64,000 nt of DNA, from contig NC_086101.1 in the NCBI RefSeq assembly GCF_963921235.1, positions 158,038,001-158,102,000 on the forward strand, written 5' to 3'. How positions within the stretch are numbered: the stretch's first letter is position 1; each line of letters begins with the position of its first letter. The DNA is from Mobula hypostoma (lineage: Eukaryota). Both the position numbers and the translations under genes were made by a program. Positions 24,010 through 38,713 of this stretch are shown here, piece by piece. Under the pieces are notes generated by a model. The model ran no database searches, had not been told where the DNA came from, and worked only from the letters and a program-made list of their open reading frames with translations.

Positions 24010-26945
24010 GAAACATAGAAAATAGGTGCAGGAGTAGGCCATTCGGCCCTTCGAGCCTGCACCGCCATTCAGTATGATCATGGCTGATCATCCAACTCAG
24101 AACCCTGCACCAGCCTTCCCTCCATACCCCCTGATCCCCATAGCCACAAGGGCCATATCTAACTCCCTCTTAAAAATAGCCAATGAACTGGCCTCAACTG
24201 TTTCCTGTGGCAGAGAATTCCACAGATTCACCACTCTCTGTGTGAAGAAGTTTTTCCTAATCTCGGTCCTAAAAGGCTTCCCCTTTATCCTCAAACTGTG
24301 ACCCCTCGTTCTGGACTTCCCCAACATCGGGAACAATCTTCCTGCATCCAGCCTGTCCAATCCCTTTAGGATTTTATACGTTTCAATCAGATCCCCCCTC
24401 AATCTTCTAAATTCCAACGAGTACAAGCCCAGTTCATCGAGTCTTTCATCATATGAAAGTCCTGCCATCCCAGGAATCAATCTGGTGACCTTCTTTGTAC
24501 TCCCTCTATGGCAAGGATGTCTTTCCTCAGATTAGGGGACCAAAACTGCACAGAGTACTCCAGTTGTGGTCTCACCAAGGCCTTGTACAACTGCAGTAGT
24601 ACCTCCCTGCTCCTGTACTCGAATCCTCTCGCTATAAATGCCAGCATACCATTCGCCTTTTTCACCACCTGCTGTACCTGCATGCCCACTTTCAATGACT
24701 GGTGTATAATGACACCCAGGTCTCGTTGCACCTCCCCTTTTCCTAATCGGCCACCATTCAGATAATAATCTGTTTTCCTATTTTTGCCACCAAAGTGGAT
24801 AACTTCACATTTATCCACATTAAATTGCATCTGCCATGAATTTGCCCACTCACCCAACCTATCCAAGTCACCCTGCATCCTCTTAGCATCCTCCTCATAG
24901 CTAACACTGCCGCCCAGCTTCGTGTCATCCGCAAACTTGGAGATACTGCATTTAATTCCCTCATCCAAGTCATTAATATATATTGTAAACAACTGGGGTC
25001 CCAGCACTGAGCCTTGCGGTACCCCACTAGTCACTGCCTGCCATTCTGAAAAGGTCCTGTTTATTCCCACTCTTTGCTTTCTGTCTGCTAACCAATTCTC
25101 TATCCACATCAATACCTTACCCCCAATACCGTGTGCTTTAAGTTTGCACACTAATCTCCTGTGTGGGACCTTGTCAAAAGCCTTTTGAAAATCCAAATAT
25201 ACCACATCCACTGGTTCTCCCCTATCCACTCTACTAGTTACATCCTCAAAAAATTCTTATGAGATTCGTCAGACATGATTTTCCTTTCACAAATCCATGC
25301 TGACTTTGTCCGATCATTTCACCGCTTTCCAAATGTGCTGTTATCACATCTTTGATAACTGACTCCAGCAGTTTCCCCACCACCGATGTTAGGCTAACCA
25401 GTCTATAATTCCCCGGTTTCTCTCTCCCTCCTTTTTTAAAAAGTGGGGTTACATTAGCCACCCTCCAATCCTCAGGAACTAGTCCAGAATCTAACGAGTT
25501 TTGAAAAATTATCACTAATGCATCCACTATTTCTTGGGCTACTTCCTTAAGCACTCTGGGATGCAGACCATCTGGCCCTGGGGATTTATCTGCCTTTAAT
25601 CCCTTCAATTTACCCAACACCACTTCCCTACTAACATGTATTTCGCTCAGTTCCTCCATCTCACTGGACCCTCTGTCCCCTACTATTTCTGGAAGATTAT
25701 TTATGTCCTCCTTAGTGAAGACAGAACCAAAGTAATTATTCAATTGGTCTGCCATGTCTTTGCTCCCCATAATCAATTCACCTGTTTCTGTCTGTAGGGG
25801 ACCTACATTTGTCTTTACCAGTCTTTTCCTTTTTACATATCTATAAAAGCTTTTACAGTCAGTTTTTATGTTCCCTGCTAGTTTTCTCTCATAATCTTTT
25901 TTCCTCTTCCTAATTAAGCCCTTTGCCCTCCTCTGCTGAACTCTGAATTTCTCCCAGTCCTCAGGTGAGCCACTTTTTCTGGCTAATTTGTATGCTTCTT
26001 CTTTGGAATTGATACTATCCCTAATTTCTCGTCAGCCACGGGTGCACTACCTTCCTTGATTTATTCTTTTGCCAAACTGGGATGAACAATTGTTGTAGTT
26101 CATCCATGCAATCCTTAAATGCTTGCCATTGCATATCCACCGTCAATCCTTTAAGTGTCATTTGCCAGTCTATCTTAGCTAATTCACATCTCATACCTTC
26201 AAAGTTACCCCTCTTTAAGTTCAGAACCTTTGTTTCTGAATTAACTATGTCACTCTCCATCTTAATGAAGAATTCCACCATATTATGGTCACTCTTACCC
26301 AAGGGGCCTCTCACGACAAGATTGCTAATTAACCCTTCCTCATCGCTCAAAACCCAGTCTAGAATAGCCTGCTCTCTAGTTGGTTCCTCGACATGTTGGT
26401 TCAAAAAACCATCCCGCATACATTCCAAGAAATCTTCTTCCTCAGCACCTTTACCAATTTGGTTCACCCAATCTACATGTAGATTGAAGTCACCCATTAT
26501 AACTGCTGTTCCTTTATTGCACACATTTCTAATTTCCTGTTTAATACCATCTCCGACCTCACTACTACTGTTTGGTGGCCTGTACACAACTCCCACCAGC
26601 GTTTTCTGCCCCTTAGTGTTACGCAGCTCTACCCATATCAATTCCACATCTTCCCGGCTTATGTCCTTCCTTTCTATTGCGTTAATCTCATCTTTAACCA
26701 GCAACGCCACCCCACCTCCTTTTCTTTAATGTCTATCCCTCCTGAATATTGAATATCCCTGAACATTGAGCTCCCAGCCTTGGTCACCCTGGAGCCATGT
26801 CTCTGTGATCCCAACTATATCATAATCATTAATAACAATCTGCACTTTCAATTCATCCACCTTGTTACAAATGCTCCCTGCATTGACACACAAAGCCTTC
26901 AGGTGCTCTTTTACAACTCTTAGCCCTTATACAATTATGTTGAAA
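24010..26945 (-). mobile_element. Young 5'-truncated CR1 LINE with near-complete ORF2 (endonuclease + RT) and a few frameshifts
   Basis: ORFs 26021-26710 (YRPPNS, MGDFN, SDH), 25246-25776 (SPGPDG, QHGF), 24477-25229 (LDFQKAFDKV, GVPQGS, FADD) and 24097-24480. CTATGTTT-type tail. Confidence 0.97.
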
Positions 26946-27349
26946 AACTCTATTTATTTCAAATGTCAACTCTGACACCACTCCATTGGATTCTGCTTTT
27001 CGATCCATAATTGCTTTGACCTTTACTACCAATTTACTGTTCAGATACTTGGAGAAAGTTTAAATATTTTTGTGACTGCTTTCAGTCATTGTCCTGTCTT
27101 TCCCCTCCACAGCTCTTGCCTGCACTATTTTTTTAAATTCCACTCTGAGTTTTCTATGACCAGCTGTACCCACCTAACATTTTTGATGCATTTTGATTGA
27201 TTTATTTTCTTGCTGGATGCTCTGTCTTTGACTCTTGGCCTCCCAATTGTCAATCATGTACTCATCATGATGGTTGATAGACATTTGCATAAAATAGAAT
27301 GGAGATGTTGACATTTTACATTTTATTAATTTACTCATTACCCAATGCG

Positions 27350-27860
27350 TTTTGTCACAGCTTAATATAGGCCTGGGATGTATGTGGTGTCCGGAGGGAG
27401 TAGCAGGAGCTTGTGTCCATTCTGGGGCAACTCACTCAGATGTGGTCCCCATTCCGCTCTCACCTGTAGCTCCAAGTAGCAGTTTGCATTTAACACCGGT
27501 CGTGCCCTGGTACACCACTTTGACAGGTGGCCTAGACCAAGTGAGGGTAGCCAGTGGGTCTCTTAACCTGCACACGGTGAGACAGGGACAGTTGCTAGGC
27601 AGATGAAACCAACAGTGAGATCCAATGGCCAGGAAGAGGCTCTGCATGTTTTGTGGAGAGCAAAGAGCAAGACAAGACACAGAAAAAGTCATGGTTATCC
27701 ACTGTGACCAAGGAAGATGGTAGATTTTGACAACAACCCATAGCACTGGACCTGCACTTCTCAGAGCGAGAGTGGAACTTCCCCAGTGCAACAGCTTATC
27801 CACTTTAAAAACTCTCCCACACAGATTTCTATCATTGTCAGATACAATGGACAACACCAA
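27350..27860. repeat. Unclassified interspersed repeat (possibly RTE-related)
   Basis: More GC-rich block set in AT-rich DNA, with no host-exon features. Family not identifiable by eye. Confidence 0.3.
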
Positions 27861-29042
27861 CATAGGTCAGTCATTACTTTATTTTATATTCTGAGACAGT
27901 TACATAAACCAGAAACAAATGTGAGTTGAACAAGCTTCAAGTTTACTAAGTCATAGTTTAAAAATATTAAGAGTTTAAAATATCAACTTCCCTTTGAATT
28001 ATATTTTATATTTTGACTTAAGTTTTGCTTTTACATTTTAAAACGAACAATTCTGACATTGGTAGTAGCAAATACTCTACATCAGATGCTTGAACTTTTC
28101 TCAAGAAAGAAAAAAAGCATTCACAAATTTTTAACATTGCAGACTTGAGCTCAAAAGATTAGGCTGAGTTGAGAATGCAAGTTAAGGTTAGCTCTAATTT
28201 TTAATTCTTAGTGTAAGTCCATCCTTTACTCACAGATGAGAGAAGAAAGTGAACTTGGCTCAGTCAATGCTTTAATTAACCAAGCAGCCAGAATCTTTAT
28301 GAACCTCACTGTAAAAAGCTGCAGGAGATAGCAGGACATATCCAAGCCACCTGGGATCAGTCTATGAATGGGTTACCTGCTTAGTGTATACTGAAGATTG
28401 GGAGTTATTTAAAACCTGTCTTCTCATCAGTATAATACAGACTGGTGTTCTGTTTGTGTCGTCTACACTAGCTTTATCCCCACATCCACCTGAAACAAAG
28501 TGTCGTTTGGTGATCAGTTGGTTATAACAAAGGAAAGAGGATTAGTTTGCACACACTACTCCCCAAAACGTTAAATGAGACGCATCTTGGCCAGGACCCA
28601 ACATCCTTATCTTCCCTAAGTAATGTCATGTGATCCTGTCTATCTTAAACACCAGTTAAGGTCTTGATTTAGGTCTCTCTGAAAGACATCACCTTGATAC
28701 TGCATGGGTGTGGCAGCCTAGAATTTTGCCTCTGATTTGAAACATCACCTTTTGACTTTGAGGTAAAATGTTACCTGGTTCCCTTTTACAATTATTAAAA
28801 AGGAGCAATATGGACCACTTGTAAATACATAATGGAGATAAAACTAAAAGTGGTGTATTACTTGTCTTTTTCAAGTATAAATCATGACAACATGCCCACT
28901 AGCCTAAGGAATGATGAAACTATTTGATTCAAACAATAAAACGCAAACAACAGGAATTCTGCAGATGCTGGAAATTCAAGCAACACACATCAAAGTTGCT
29001 GGTGAACGCAGCAGGCCAAGCAGCATCTATAGGAAGAGGCGC

Positions 29043-29078
29043 AGTCGACGTTTCAGGCCGAGACCCTTCGTCAGGACT
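29043..29078 (-). ncRNA. Minimal hammerhead ribozyme motif (minus-strand copy)
   Basis: Exact reverse complement of 29109-29144. Confidence 0.75.
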
Positions 29079-29108
29079 AACTGAAGGAAGAAGTCTCTTC
29101 CTTCAGTT

Positions 29109-29144
29109 AGTCCTGACGAAGGGTCTCGGCCTGAAACGTCGACT
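29109..29144 (+). ncRNA. Minimal type I hammerhead ribozyme motif, predicted GUC cleavage after 29140
   Basis: AGTC-CTGACGA-AGG gtctcgg CCT-GAAA-CG-TC-GACT: stem I AGTC/GACT, stem II AGG/CCT, loopless palindromic ACGT in place of stem III (the form reported for PLE hammerheads). Confidence 0.75.
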
Positions 29145-29928
29145 GCGCCTCTTCCTATAGATGCTGCTTGGCCTGCTGCGTTCACCAGCAACTTTGATGT
29201 GTGTTGCATTCAAACAATGCTCAGGTTGGAAATCAAGTTCCTAAGATTCAGAAGAGTCACTTAAGAATATTGAAAATGTCTTAATAATTATCTTCCAAAG
29301 TTCCTTTAATTCAGGAACAACTTACAAAGTATTTACATTAGATATTTGTGTACACCAATGCACTCTGTAAAAGAGATGAAAAGAAATAACTAAGGGAATG
29401 TTTCACCCTGTGCAGAATTATCATAGGAGATAAAACCCTAAAAAAGACTGAATTTCAGAGGTGACTAAATTGGTGAGTGCTTACATGTGTTTGGGACTCA
29501 CTTCCAAAAGGTGTTTAGTGAATTCCCCCCCAAGCATCCATGAGCTGAATTTGAAGCCCACAAAGCAAATTATTAATTTATTCAGGAGAGTCGCTGAGCT
29601 GTAGGAAAGGGATAAAGGTGAACAGGTATTGTGTACATAAATTTAAAATAATTAGAAGCCACGTAATGAAGCTTGAAGATTACGCAAAGAAGAGCAGACA
29701 GATGGAAGAATTGTATTACAAAGAGATAATAGATTATGAGAGTAGGCCAAACTGGCTTTGGATATCAAAAGACATAGATCATCCAATCTGCATCTAGAAA
29801 ATAAAAAGCAGTAAAGGGCATGTTGTAAATTTTGAAAAGCTAGAAACAGTAACGGTCGAAAGAAGGTCTTTCAGCCTAATGAGTCTACAGTGATCATAAG
29901 ACACCTATTTACCCCATTCTTACAAATA

Positions 29929-30682
29929 CAGTGGATTCAGGTTAATTGGAACCAGTGCATTTTGGCCCAATTAAGCAGCTGGCCCAATTAGCTGAAGTTT
30001 CATGGAAGTAGTTAAAAGATATTTTAAAAAAAGAGAAACTACCATTTAACAAATTAGGCATTTAAATAGAGAACAAATTAGAATATTACCAATACAGTAC
30101 TATAAAAACTGTATTGGTTCGTAATAGTTATCAAGGGAGGAATTCATCTGTTGTGTTTGTATCATTAACTGTAAATGAACAAAATAAGCACAAACTAGTG
30201 CTTTAGATGATTGCATCCTCCAAACCTTCGTTGTAACACTTGAAATGATTATCAATACCTTCAAGTTCTTCATAATTCCTAACATATTGAAGAAGTGAAA
30301 TTGTTTCATTTTTACTTCTTGCCGTTTCTGGCATCTCCAATCCTGAACGCTCGAAACCACGGTGAGCAAAACAATTCAGTATTGACTAATTGCTTATTTC
30401 TCACCAACTATCAGTGACAAAAGTCACAGCTTTTTGTAGACAAACAAAAGCAACTGACGCTATTTAAAAACTAATCACTCCAAGCACAATGGTGTCTAAC
30501 TGCCATATGAGTACATGCGACTAACGCTACTTAGGTCGCCTGTCCCAATTAAAAGGCATAGTGCCCTAAATAAACAAAAGGAATTCTAGCTATTTACTTA
30601 ATTAAATTTTTATTCTTTAAGAGTTGTCCCAAATAAAGGGCTGTTCCTATTAAATGATAGCCTAATTAACCAGAATCCACTG
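29929..30682. mobile_element. Non-autonomous Tc1/mariner-pogo-type element (754 bp, TA TSD)
   Basis: TA|CAGTGGATTCAGGTTAATTGG ... CCTAATTAACCAGAATCCACTG|TA; subterminal CCCAATTAA-like repeats. Confidence 0.85.
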
Positions 30683-31967
30683 TACACCTTTGTATTTTTC
30701 CCCCATTCCTATCAACTCCCCTGAATTCTACCAGGGACTTGGGAGTCCATGTACATTTTATTATAATATCAACCACCAAAAATACAGTAAAACAGCTAAT
30801 GTATGGTTTTAAATCTAGAGCATAAGAATGTAAGGACGAATAAGTGAAGTCACATTTTTAAAAGGTACTAGTGGAATTACACAAAGTTCTGTAGGCAGTT
30901 CTTGGGCACTAAGCCTTAAAGTCCTGGAGGAAATACAGCATAATTTCCCAGAATGATACAAAAACGTTAAATTATAAAGAAATTACAGAAACTAATGCAG
31001 TACTCACTGGAACTCATAGGCTGAGGGGATAAGATATCGGGTAAGTAGATTGGAAGTAATGGGGGGGGGGTCTCGGACCAGGGAAGTTCAGTCTTAAAAT
31101 CAAAATTGGGACTTTTAGGAAAAAGTTACAAAGCATTTCAATAGAGCTGCATAAGTGTGAAACTCTCCTACATGTGGCAACGGACATCATCTCCATTTAA
31201 AGCCTGAGATTGTTACTAAGTATATTAAAGGGTCTAAAAGATAGGAAATAAAGGTACAGTTGGTCAGAATATTTCCAGCATTCTTCTGATTGCCAAGCTT
31301 TACTGCCCAAGCAAGGGTGTGAGTGCCATTCATAACATCTAAACCAGATGGCGGCATCATTTAAAGATATCATCTGCGAACAGATCCCTGAATCAACTTC
31401 TTTTCCATTTCACTGTTTTCATGAGATCAGTGACAGAAAGTGGTTCACGGCAGATCTTCAATAGCTCTACAGGAAACCACACTCCTTGATATGATTCGGG
31501 ATAATTCTAGAAGAGCTTTGAACATGTAACCTTTCTGAACTCTAGTTACTGCATTAGATGCAGATGGTTGGTCATTTATTGAGGGACTCAGCTTTGTTTT
31601 AGTCAACCAACTGACAATGTTATTGTGCAACACCATGCAGAAGCAGTTACTTTTACACTTGTTCAGTGGTTACATACTCTTCAAACTGTATCTTAATGGG
31701 AAATAGTTAATACTAGTAAGACAATGTGTCAACCTTGTAAACAAAGCAGGATTTGTTTCAGTTCTTAAGACTATTTTTCATTGGTCTACCAACCACTTAT
31801 GAACAGTACTCTTAAAATATTTCCATAAAGCTTCCACTAAAAATACTTAGAAAAATCTCCATCATCAAATGATAATTTTCACAGGGATTTTCCCTTCTGT
31901 TAATAATTCAATCAATCGCGAATCCATTTAATAGAAAATCTGTCTTCTGTCTTGCTGTTGAACTCCT

Positions 31968-32210
<243 letters not shown>

Positions 32211-33140
32211 TCAGTAATTATAACCATAATCTCAATCCTTTGATTCATAATAGATTACTTGGTGGGAAACTTCAGAGCCCACCGGATCAAAGTTATCTGT
32301 TGCTCAAACTTTTTATTCAGTCACAGACATGAATATCACTGGCAAGACCGCATTTTACTTCTCAGTCCAAATTGGCATCAGAACTAAATTGGCTCCTGGA
32401 TAGTTTTAATTAAGAATCAAAGGCACTTTGTGCCTGCAGTCACATTATAGCCAAATGGGAAAAGTTAAATTTCCTTCCTTGAATGACATTATTGAACTTG
32501 ATCTTTTTTTTTCACCAACCGGTAATCTGGTCATTTTTATTCCACTTTCTTTTTAAAGTTAACTTCCTGAGCTGCCATGGTGGGATTTTGGATCCAGCCC
32601 TCTGAATGCTAGCTCTGTAACTTTTACAGTATGCCAGATTATAAATCAAATCATTTCTAATTACACCCATAGAATTAAACTGTATACATTTTATTTGTAT
32701 TTAACTAACTACTAACTGATTCCACACTCCATTGTGTATACCCATTCCATAAATTGACCACTCACCATTTAAATGTTATGCAATAGCTTTAACTTTGCCA
32801 CCACCAGCCCCTCGCTTCTCCCCCTTTAATCAGAGCACCAGCTCAACTACTTTTCCAGATCTCATGAGCTAGCAAGGCGATAGAGATTGCCATTGCTAAA
32901 ATATTCAGGTCCGTCAAAATGCTGAACAGGCCAATCATTTTACCGCTCAGTGTTTTGTTTCCCCAACATGTACATCCTCTTCTTTAAAAGCACTGCGCTT
33001 TCATTTATACAATCATGTGACACACTGGTTGCATTGCCACCCGAAAAATCTATCCCCGAATCTCTGACAAATTATGCTGATTCATTACACAACACAATTC
33101 AAGACGTAGAGTTTGCCATTGGTGACAGTTTTCTTACTTA

Positions 33141-33266
<126 letters not shown>

Positions 33267-33364
33267 TCAGATCAGTTCAGAGAATAAAATCAGTGAAGGG
33301 CAGTAGTTTGTATTTCACCACATCCCTCCCCACAAATAACCACTGTTAAATCTTCCCTCTACAA

Positions 33365-33443
33365 CAGGGGTTCCCAACCCGTTTTATGCCATGAACCCTT
33401 ACCATTAACCATGGGGTCCATGGATTCCAAGTTGGGACCCCTG
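33365..33443. mobile_element. 79-bp hAT-type MITE
   Basis: TIR CAGGGGTTCCCAAC / GTTGGGACCCCTG; 8-bp TSD CTCTACAA / CTCTAAAA. Confidence 0.75.
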
Positions 33444-34269
33444 CTCTAAAATATACCTGTTCACGTGATAAATGCCACACCAGCATGAGTCAATAACTGA
33501 ACGAGACAGTGTTGTAAGTTTGCAACATGCAATTACAAGATAGCAACCTGCACTGGCTTCTGACACCAGTTGTGGCAAAAGGAGTGAAGAGCATATGTAG
33601 AAATGCAATGAATTAGAGATAAAACACAAAGCCATGCACTTTGTAATAGTTATGCTGGCTTTCTTCACAACTTCCCTGAAATTCTTCCCCATTGTCATTT
33701 TTAATCTAATTCCCTCTCTAAACTGCTTCCACCACTCTTTCAGGCGGATGTCAAAAACCCCTGGAAAGAAAATTTCTTTGGGCCATCTATGGATTACTTT
33801 GTGAATAACCTTAAATCCCCATGAAATCTGGTTAGTGACCTTAATGCCAAGAAAAACACTTTCACTTTATTTAGATAGTGACTGTTCCATTCCCATTGCC
33901 CAGTCCCACTGAATCCAAATGTCCATCAAGCACAGCCTTGAATGTACTCAGCAACGAGCTAAAGAATTCTAAAAACTTATAACCCTCATTAGAGAAATTT
34001 CTCCTCATCTCAGTTCTGAGTAAATATTTGCTGTGGCCAATGAAGTTTCAAATAAATTCAAAAGCTGGACATTGACCCAGAAGCTATCTAACTGTACTTT
34101 GACCAGCATATCCAAATAGAGAAACTGTACTAAGTCATGTGAAAAAGTCAGTAATAAAAGGTAAAGAAATCAGATGACTCAGGTTCATGGTATATTTGAT
34201 CACTAGATTCAGATTTTTAAAAATTTATTTATGGCACATAAAAAGAGAAACATAAATGTTCCTTTTGTA

Positions 34270-35380
34270 AGTGTTTATCCACCATCAATACTGCCCTTAA
34301 CCACAGCTCTTCCATTTTGCACACATCTGCCCTCAACCCATCCTCCCACCACCCCACCAGGGATAAAGTTCCTCTTGTCCTCAAGTACCAACTCACCAGC
34401 CTCCTCGTCCAGCACATAATTCTCCATAACCTGTCATCTTCTTTGGGATCCCACCACCAAGCACATCTTTCCCTCCCCCCGCCCCCACTTTCTACTTTCT
34501 GTAGGGATTGCTTCCTACACAACTCCCTTGTCCATTTATCCCTTCCCACTGATCTCCCTCCCGGCACTTAACCTTGCAAGCGGAACAAGTGCTACACCTG
34601 CCCCTATACCTCATCCCTCACGCATTCAGGGCCCCAAACAGTCCTTCCAGGTGAGGTAACACTTCACTTGTGAGTTTGTGGGGTCATCTACTGCATCCAG
34701 TGCTCCCAGTGTGGCCTCCTGTATATTGGTGAGACCCGATGTAGATTGGGAGACTGCTCCACTAAGCACCTACACTCCATCTGCCAGAAAAAGCATGATC
34801 TCCCAGTGGCTACCCATTTCAATTTCACTTCCCATTCCCATTTCAACAAGTTAGTCCACGGCCTCCTCTACAGCCACGATGAGGCCACACTCAGGTTGGA
34901 GGAACACCACCTTATATTCTGTCTGGGTAGCCTCCAACCTGATGGCATGAACATCAATTTCTCGAACTTCCAGTAATACCAACCCCACCCCCTTCACCAT
35001 TCCTCATTCCCCTCTCTCACCTAATCTACCTACCCGCCCATCAGCTTCTTCTGGTGCTCCTGCCTCCTTTTCCATTTTCCTTGTCCCTCTGTCCTCTCCA
35101 ACCAGATTTCCTCTTCTCCAGCCCTGTATCTCTTTCACCAATCAACTTCCCAGCTCTTTACATCACCCCTCCCCTCCTCCCGGTTTCACCTATCACCTTA
35201 TGTTTCTTCCTCCCCTCCCCCCAACCTTCTAACTCCTACTCCTCAACTTTTTTTCTCCAGTCTGAATGAAGGATCTCGGCTGAAACGTAATCTCTTTCCC
35301 ATAGATGTTGTCTGGCCTGCTGAGTTCCTCCAGCATTTTGTGTGTGTTGCTTGGATTTCCAGCATCTGCAGACTTTCTGT
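34270..35380 (+). mobile_element. Penelope-like element 3' fragment
   Basis: KVPLVLKY..., LPVATHF..RLEEHHLIFCLGSLQPDGMNINF, pyrimidine tract, degenerate HHR near 35260-35290, terminal CCAGCATCTGCAGA. Confidence 0.88.
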
Positions 35381-36043
35381 TGATTGTTCCTTTTGTAATT
35401 TGGATTTGATGCCTAGGTCTAAGAACGTTGCACTACCAGCAGCTTCTTCAGTCACAAGCTCCTACCTCCTCACATAGACATGGACATGGACATGAACATG
35501 AACAATCCCAGGACATGCCAGAAAGGGCCAACGACCCTTATCTGATGAACTGATGAATATCTCACCTTCAACCATAGCTACATAGATTGAACTCATCACT
35601 ATTTGTGTGTGGAGTTTCTGTACAAAAGTTTCTTTCCCACATAAACCCAGCAGCAACACAAAGTACTTAATTTGCTTTGCTCTTTGTTCCACTCCTCTGC
35701 ACTCTTGCTCTTTTGGAATGGAAATTAACCTTCGAAAAACCTTTTCTCCTATGATTTCTACACAAGGATTTCTAAATCTGCTCATCCTCTTTATTTTGTT
35801 TTCACAATTAAAAACCTTCAGCCTATCTTTTATCTTCAAAGTGGACCAAAGGTTTTATCTGCAAGCCAAGTGTTCTTTTAAGAGAATATTTTTCAACTGT
35901 ATATCTGAGGGAGTACAATCCAAAGAAAACAGAAATTATTATGTATCTCCAATCACAAAAAGTGAAGTAAATATTTAATAAACATGAAAACAGGCAACTC
36001 CAAGATTCTGGATGGAAAACAAGTTTCCATGTATGCATTTTTA

Positions 36044-36331
<288 letters not shown>

Positions 36332-38488
36332 TCAAAGGCTTTTCTTCATAGGAAAGTTTTTCTCTAAAGGAGTTTAATTTCCGAAATCACACTCACCAAA
36401 CAGCATTACGTTAGGTATCACATATGTTAAAAAAAATAATTGAGTCAACATGGAGGATTAAGGATTAGACAAGATTTTGACACCGAAAGAATATTACTAA
36501 CAATGATTGCTATTTAAAAATTTAAAAAGGAATATTGCATCCTTATTGAATTGAAGGCCAAGTTTGTTTGCTAATAAGCTTTGTCTAAGAATCTGGTCAG
36601 ACACAAAGTAATTTGTACTCAAACTTAATAAAAATAAATAATGAAAGTGCTCATTACATTTACTTCCACAAATTACCATGATAGATCTCACATATTATAT
36701 CCCTGCAAATGTGAAGCCTGCATGCTGACTGGGCGAGTAACATTCTCACAACAATAAACCTGACTAAGTGATAATCTAACTGCCTCCTCATGATATTGAA
36801 CTGCAATCCTTTGTCAAATCCTTGTCGACAACATGCTGGGGCTAACTATTAATCAGAAACAACTCAACCAGTCAAATAGTGTGGTTACAGAACCTGGGTG
36901 TCCCAAAGACTTTCCACCATCCAGTAAGACCTGTCAGATGATGGAATACTCTCTAGCTCCCTAAGTGAGCCCTGCTCTAACAGCACTATGGGAAGTTCAC
37001 ATTCTAGAGGAAAGAAACACATTTCAGTGGGCCCAGCTCCACCAACATTCACAATCTTCACCATTAGCACAGCATCCTGCAGCACATGCTAAAAGGTTCA
37101 ATGCAACAACTAGTTATAGTTTCTTTCACATTCCCTTCCAGAACACCATTCAATCACAACCATTACGAGAAACACACATCACTTATTTTGCTTTTGCTGT
37201 TTCAGAATCCTCCCTCAGTGCTCTGTGGGAGCAAATTCAACATCTGAAGTATAGTACTTGCAGAAATTGTCTCATCACCATCCTCTCAAACACAATCCAG
37301 GATTAGGAGATAAATGTTGGTCTTCCTGATGGGTCCAATATTCCACATATGAATCAAAAGCATCAGCAATTTCTCATATTCTTTTGATGAGTGCATTTCC
37401 CACTGGGGTTAAATTTCTCACTAGAAATTCTTGTGACAAATTTATTCACAAGATGCATGCAGCTAGTCTATTAAAGAAAATTTTAAAAAGGTCAAAGAGA
37501 CAAAAATTACATTATCTTGTCTTCCAAAGCAAATAATGTTTTCATTCCTGGTCGAAGACATGGCCCAGATTTTCTGATAGCCCGTGCCAAGAAGAAAGCG
37601 AAAATGCACCAAAAGAGGAAACTTTAATTTTCTTGTCCATATTTTTCTGAATTTTTGAACATTAATGGAAACCAATGTTAATCATACCATTCTGCTTCTA
37701 TGTCTTAGCCACAGTACACTGACAGTAAACTAAAGGTAACTAGACCCATAACTAAAGGTGGTGTGTGCAAATGAATTCCTATTACGGGAAAGTGAGACCA
37801 GAATTTTCAGGCCCATGTGTGCAACATCTTAACCAAGTACGCTGTTGGAATTGAATCAGAGCAGTTTTTAGCAGAAGAGATTTTTCAGCCAATCATGCCT
37901 GCACTCGCTCTAAACACAAAGGCTGTCACATTCAGTTCCAGACAGCCATTTTTTGTCCAAAACTGTAAATCCCTCCCTCATCTGTGGAACACAAATCCTC
38001 TTCATTTTTTTAAAATGGCATCTGCTTCTACCATATTCCAGATCCTAAAAAACTTGCAGCAAATTTTATTTCTCATCTTCCTTGTCAATATTTTTGGATC
38101 AATGACAGCTGATTATTGACCCACATCAGTGAAAACAGTTTTTCCCCTTTACAAATTTTTTTTTTAATTATTTGAATTAAAATATTAAATTTTATACTCG
38201 CATGATGCAACTGATTTGTGGAACATCTCTCTAACATAGTGTTTCCAGTATTTCCTGTTTTGTCTCACTTAAGTTAGTGTAGTTAAGAATAAGGGGCTAT
38301 CTTTACGGTATGAATTGCTGTATTGTGTAATGATCTACTTTCATATAAACTTACATGCAGATAGTTTATTCCAAGTAACTAGCCACAATATCTTGCCATG
38401 ACCACAAGTTTAAAAACATCAAGATAAGTCTTGACATTTGTGTTACACTGATAAAAACTGGGGCACCACAGCAAACAGCCCTGGCTTA

Positions 38489-38713
<225 letters not shown>

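Larger units (their letters stand above)
28938..29207. mobile_element. Fold-back miniature PLE derivative: perfect 112-bp inverted arms, 4-nt loop, 11-bp TSD
   Basis: Arms 28980-29091 and 29096-29207 are exact reverse complements; loop AGTC. TSD ATTCAAACAAT at 28927-28937 and 29208-29218. Confidence 0.95.

Noticed and set aside
28924-29209. Mirror-image ORFs on both strands (QHTSKLLVNAAGQAAS...)
   Set aside because: A by-product of the palindrome, with no coding evidence.
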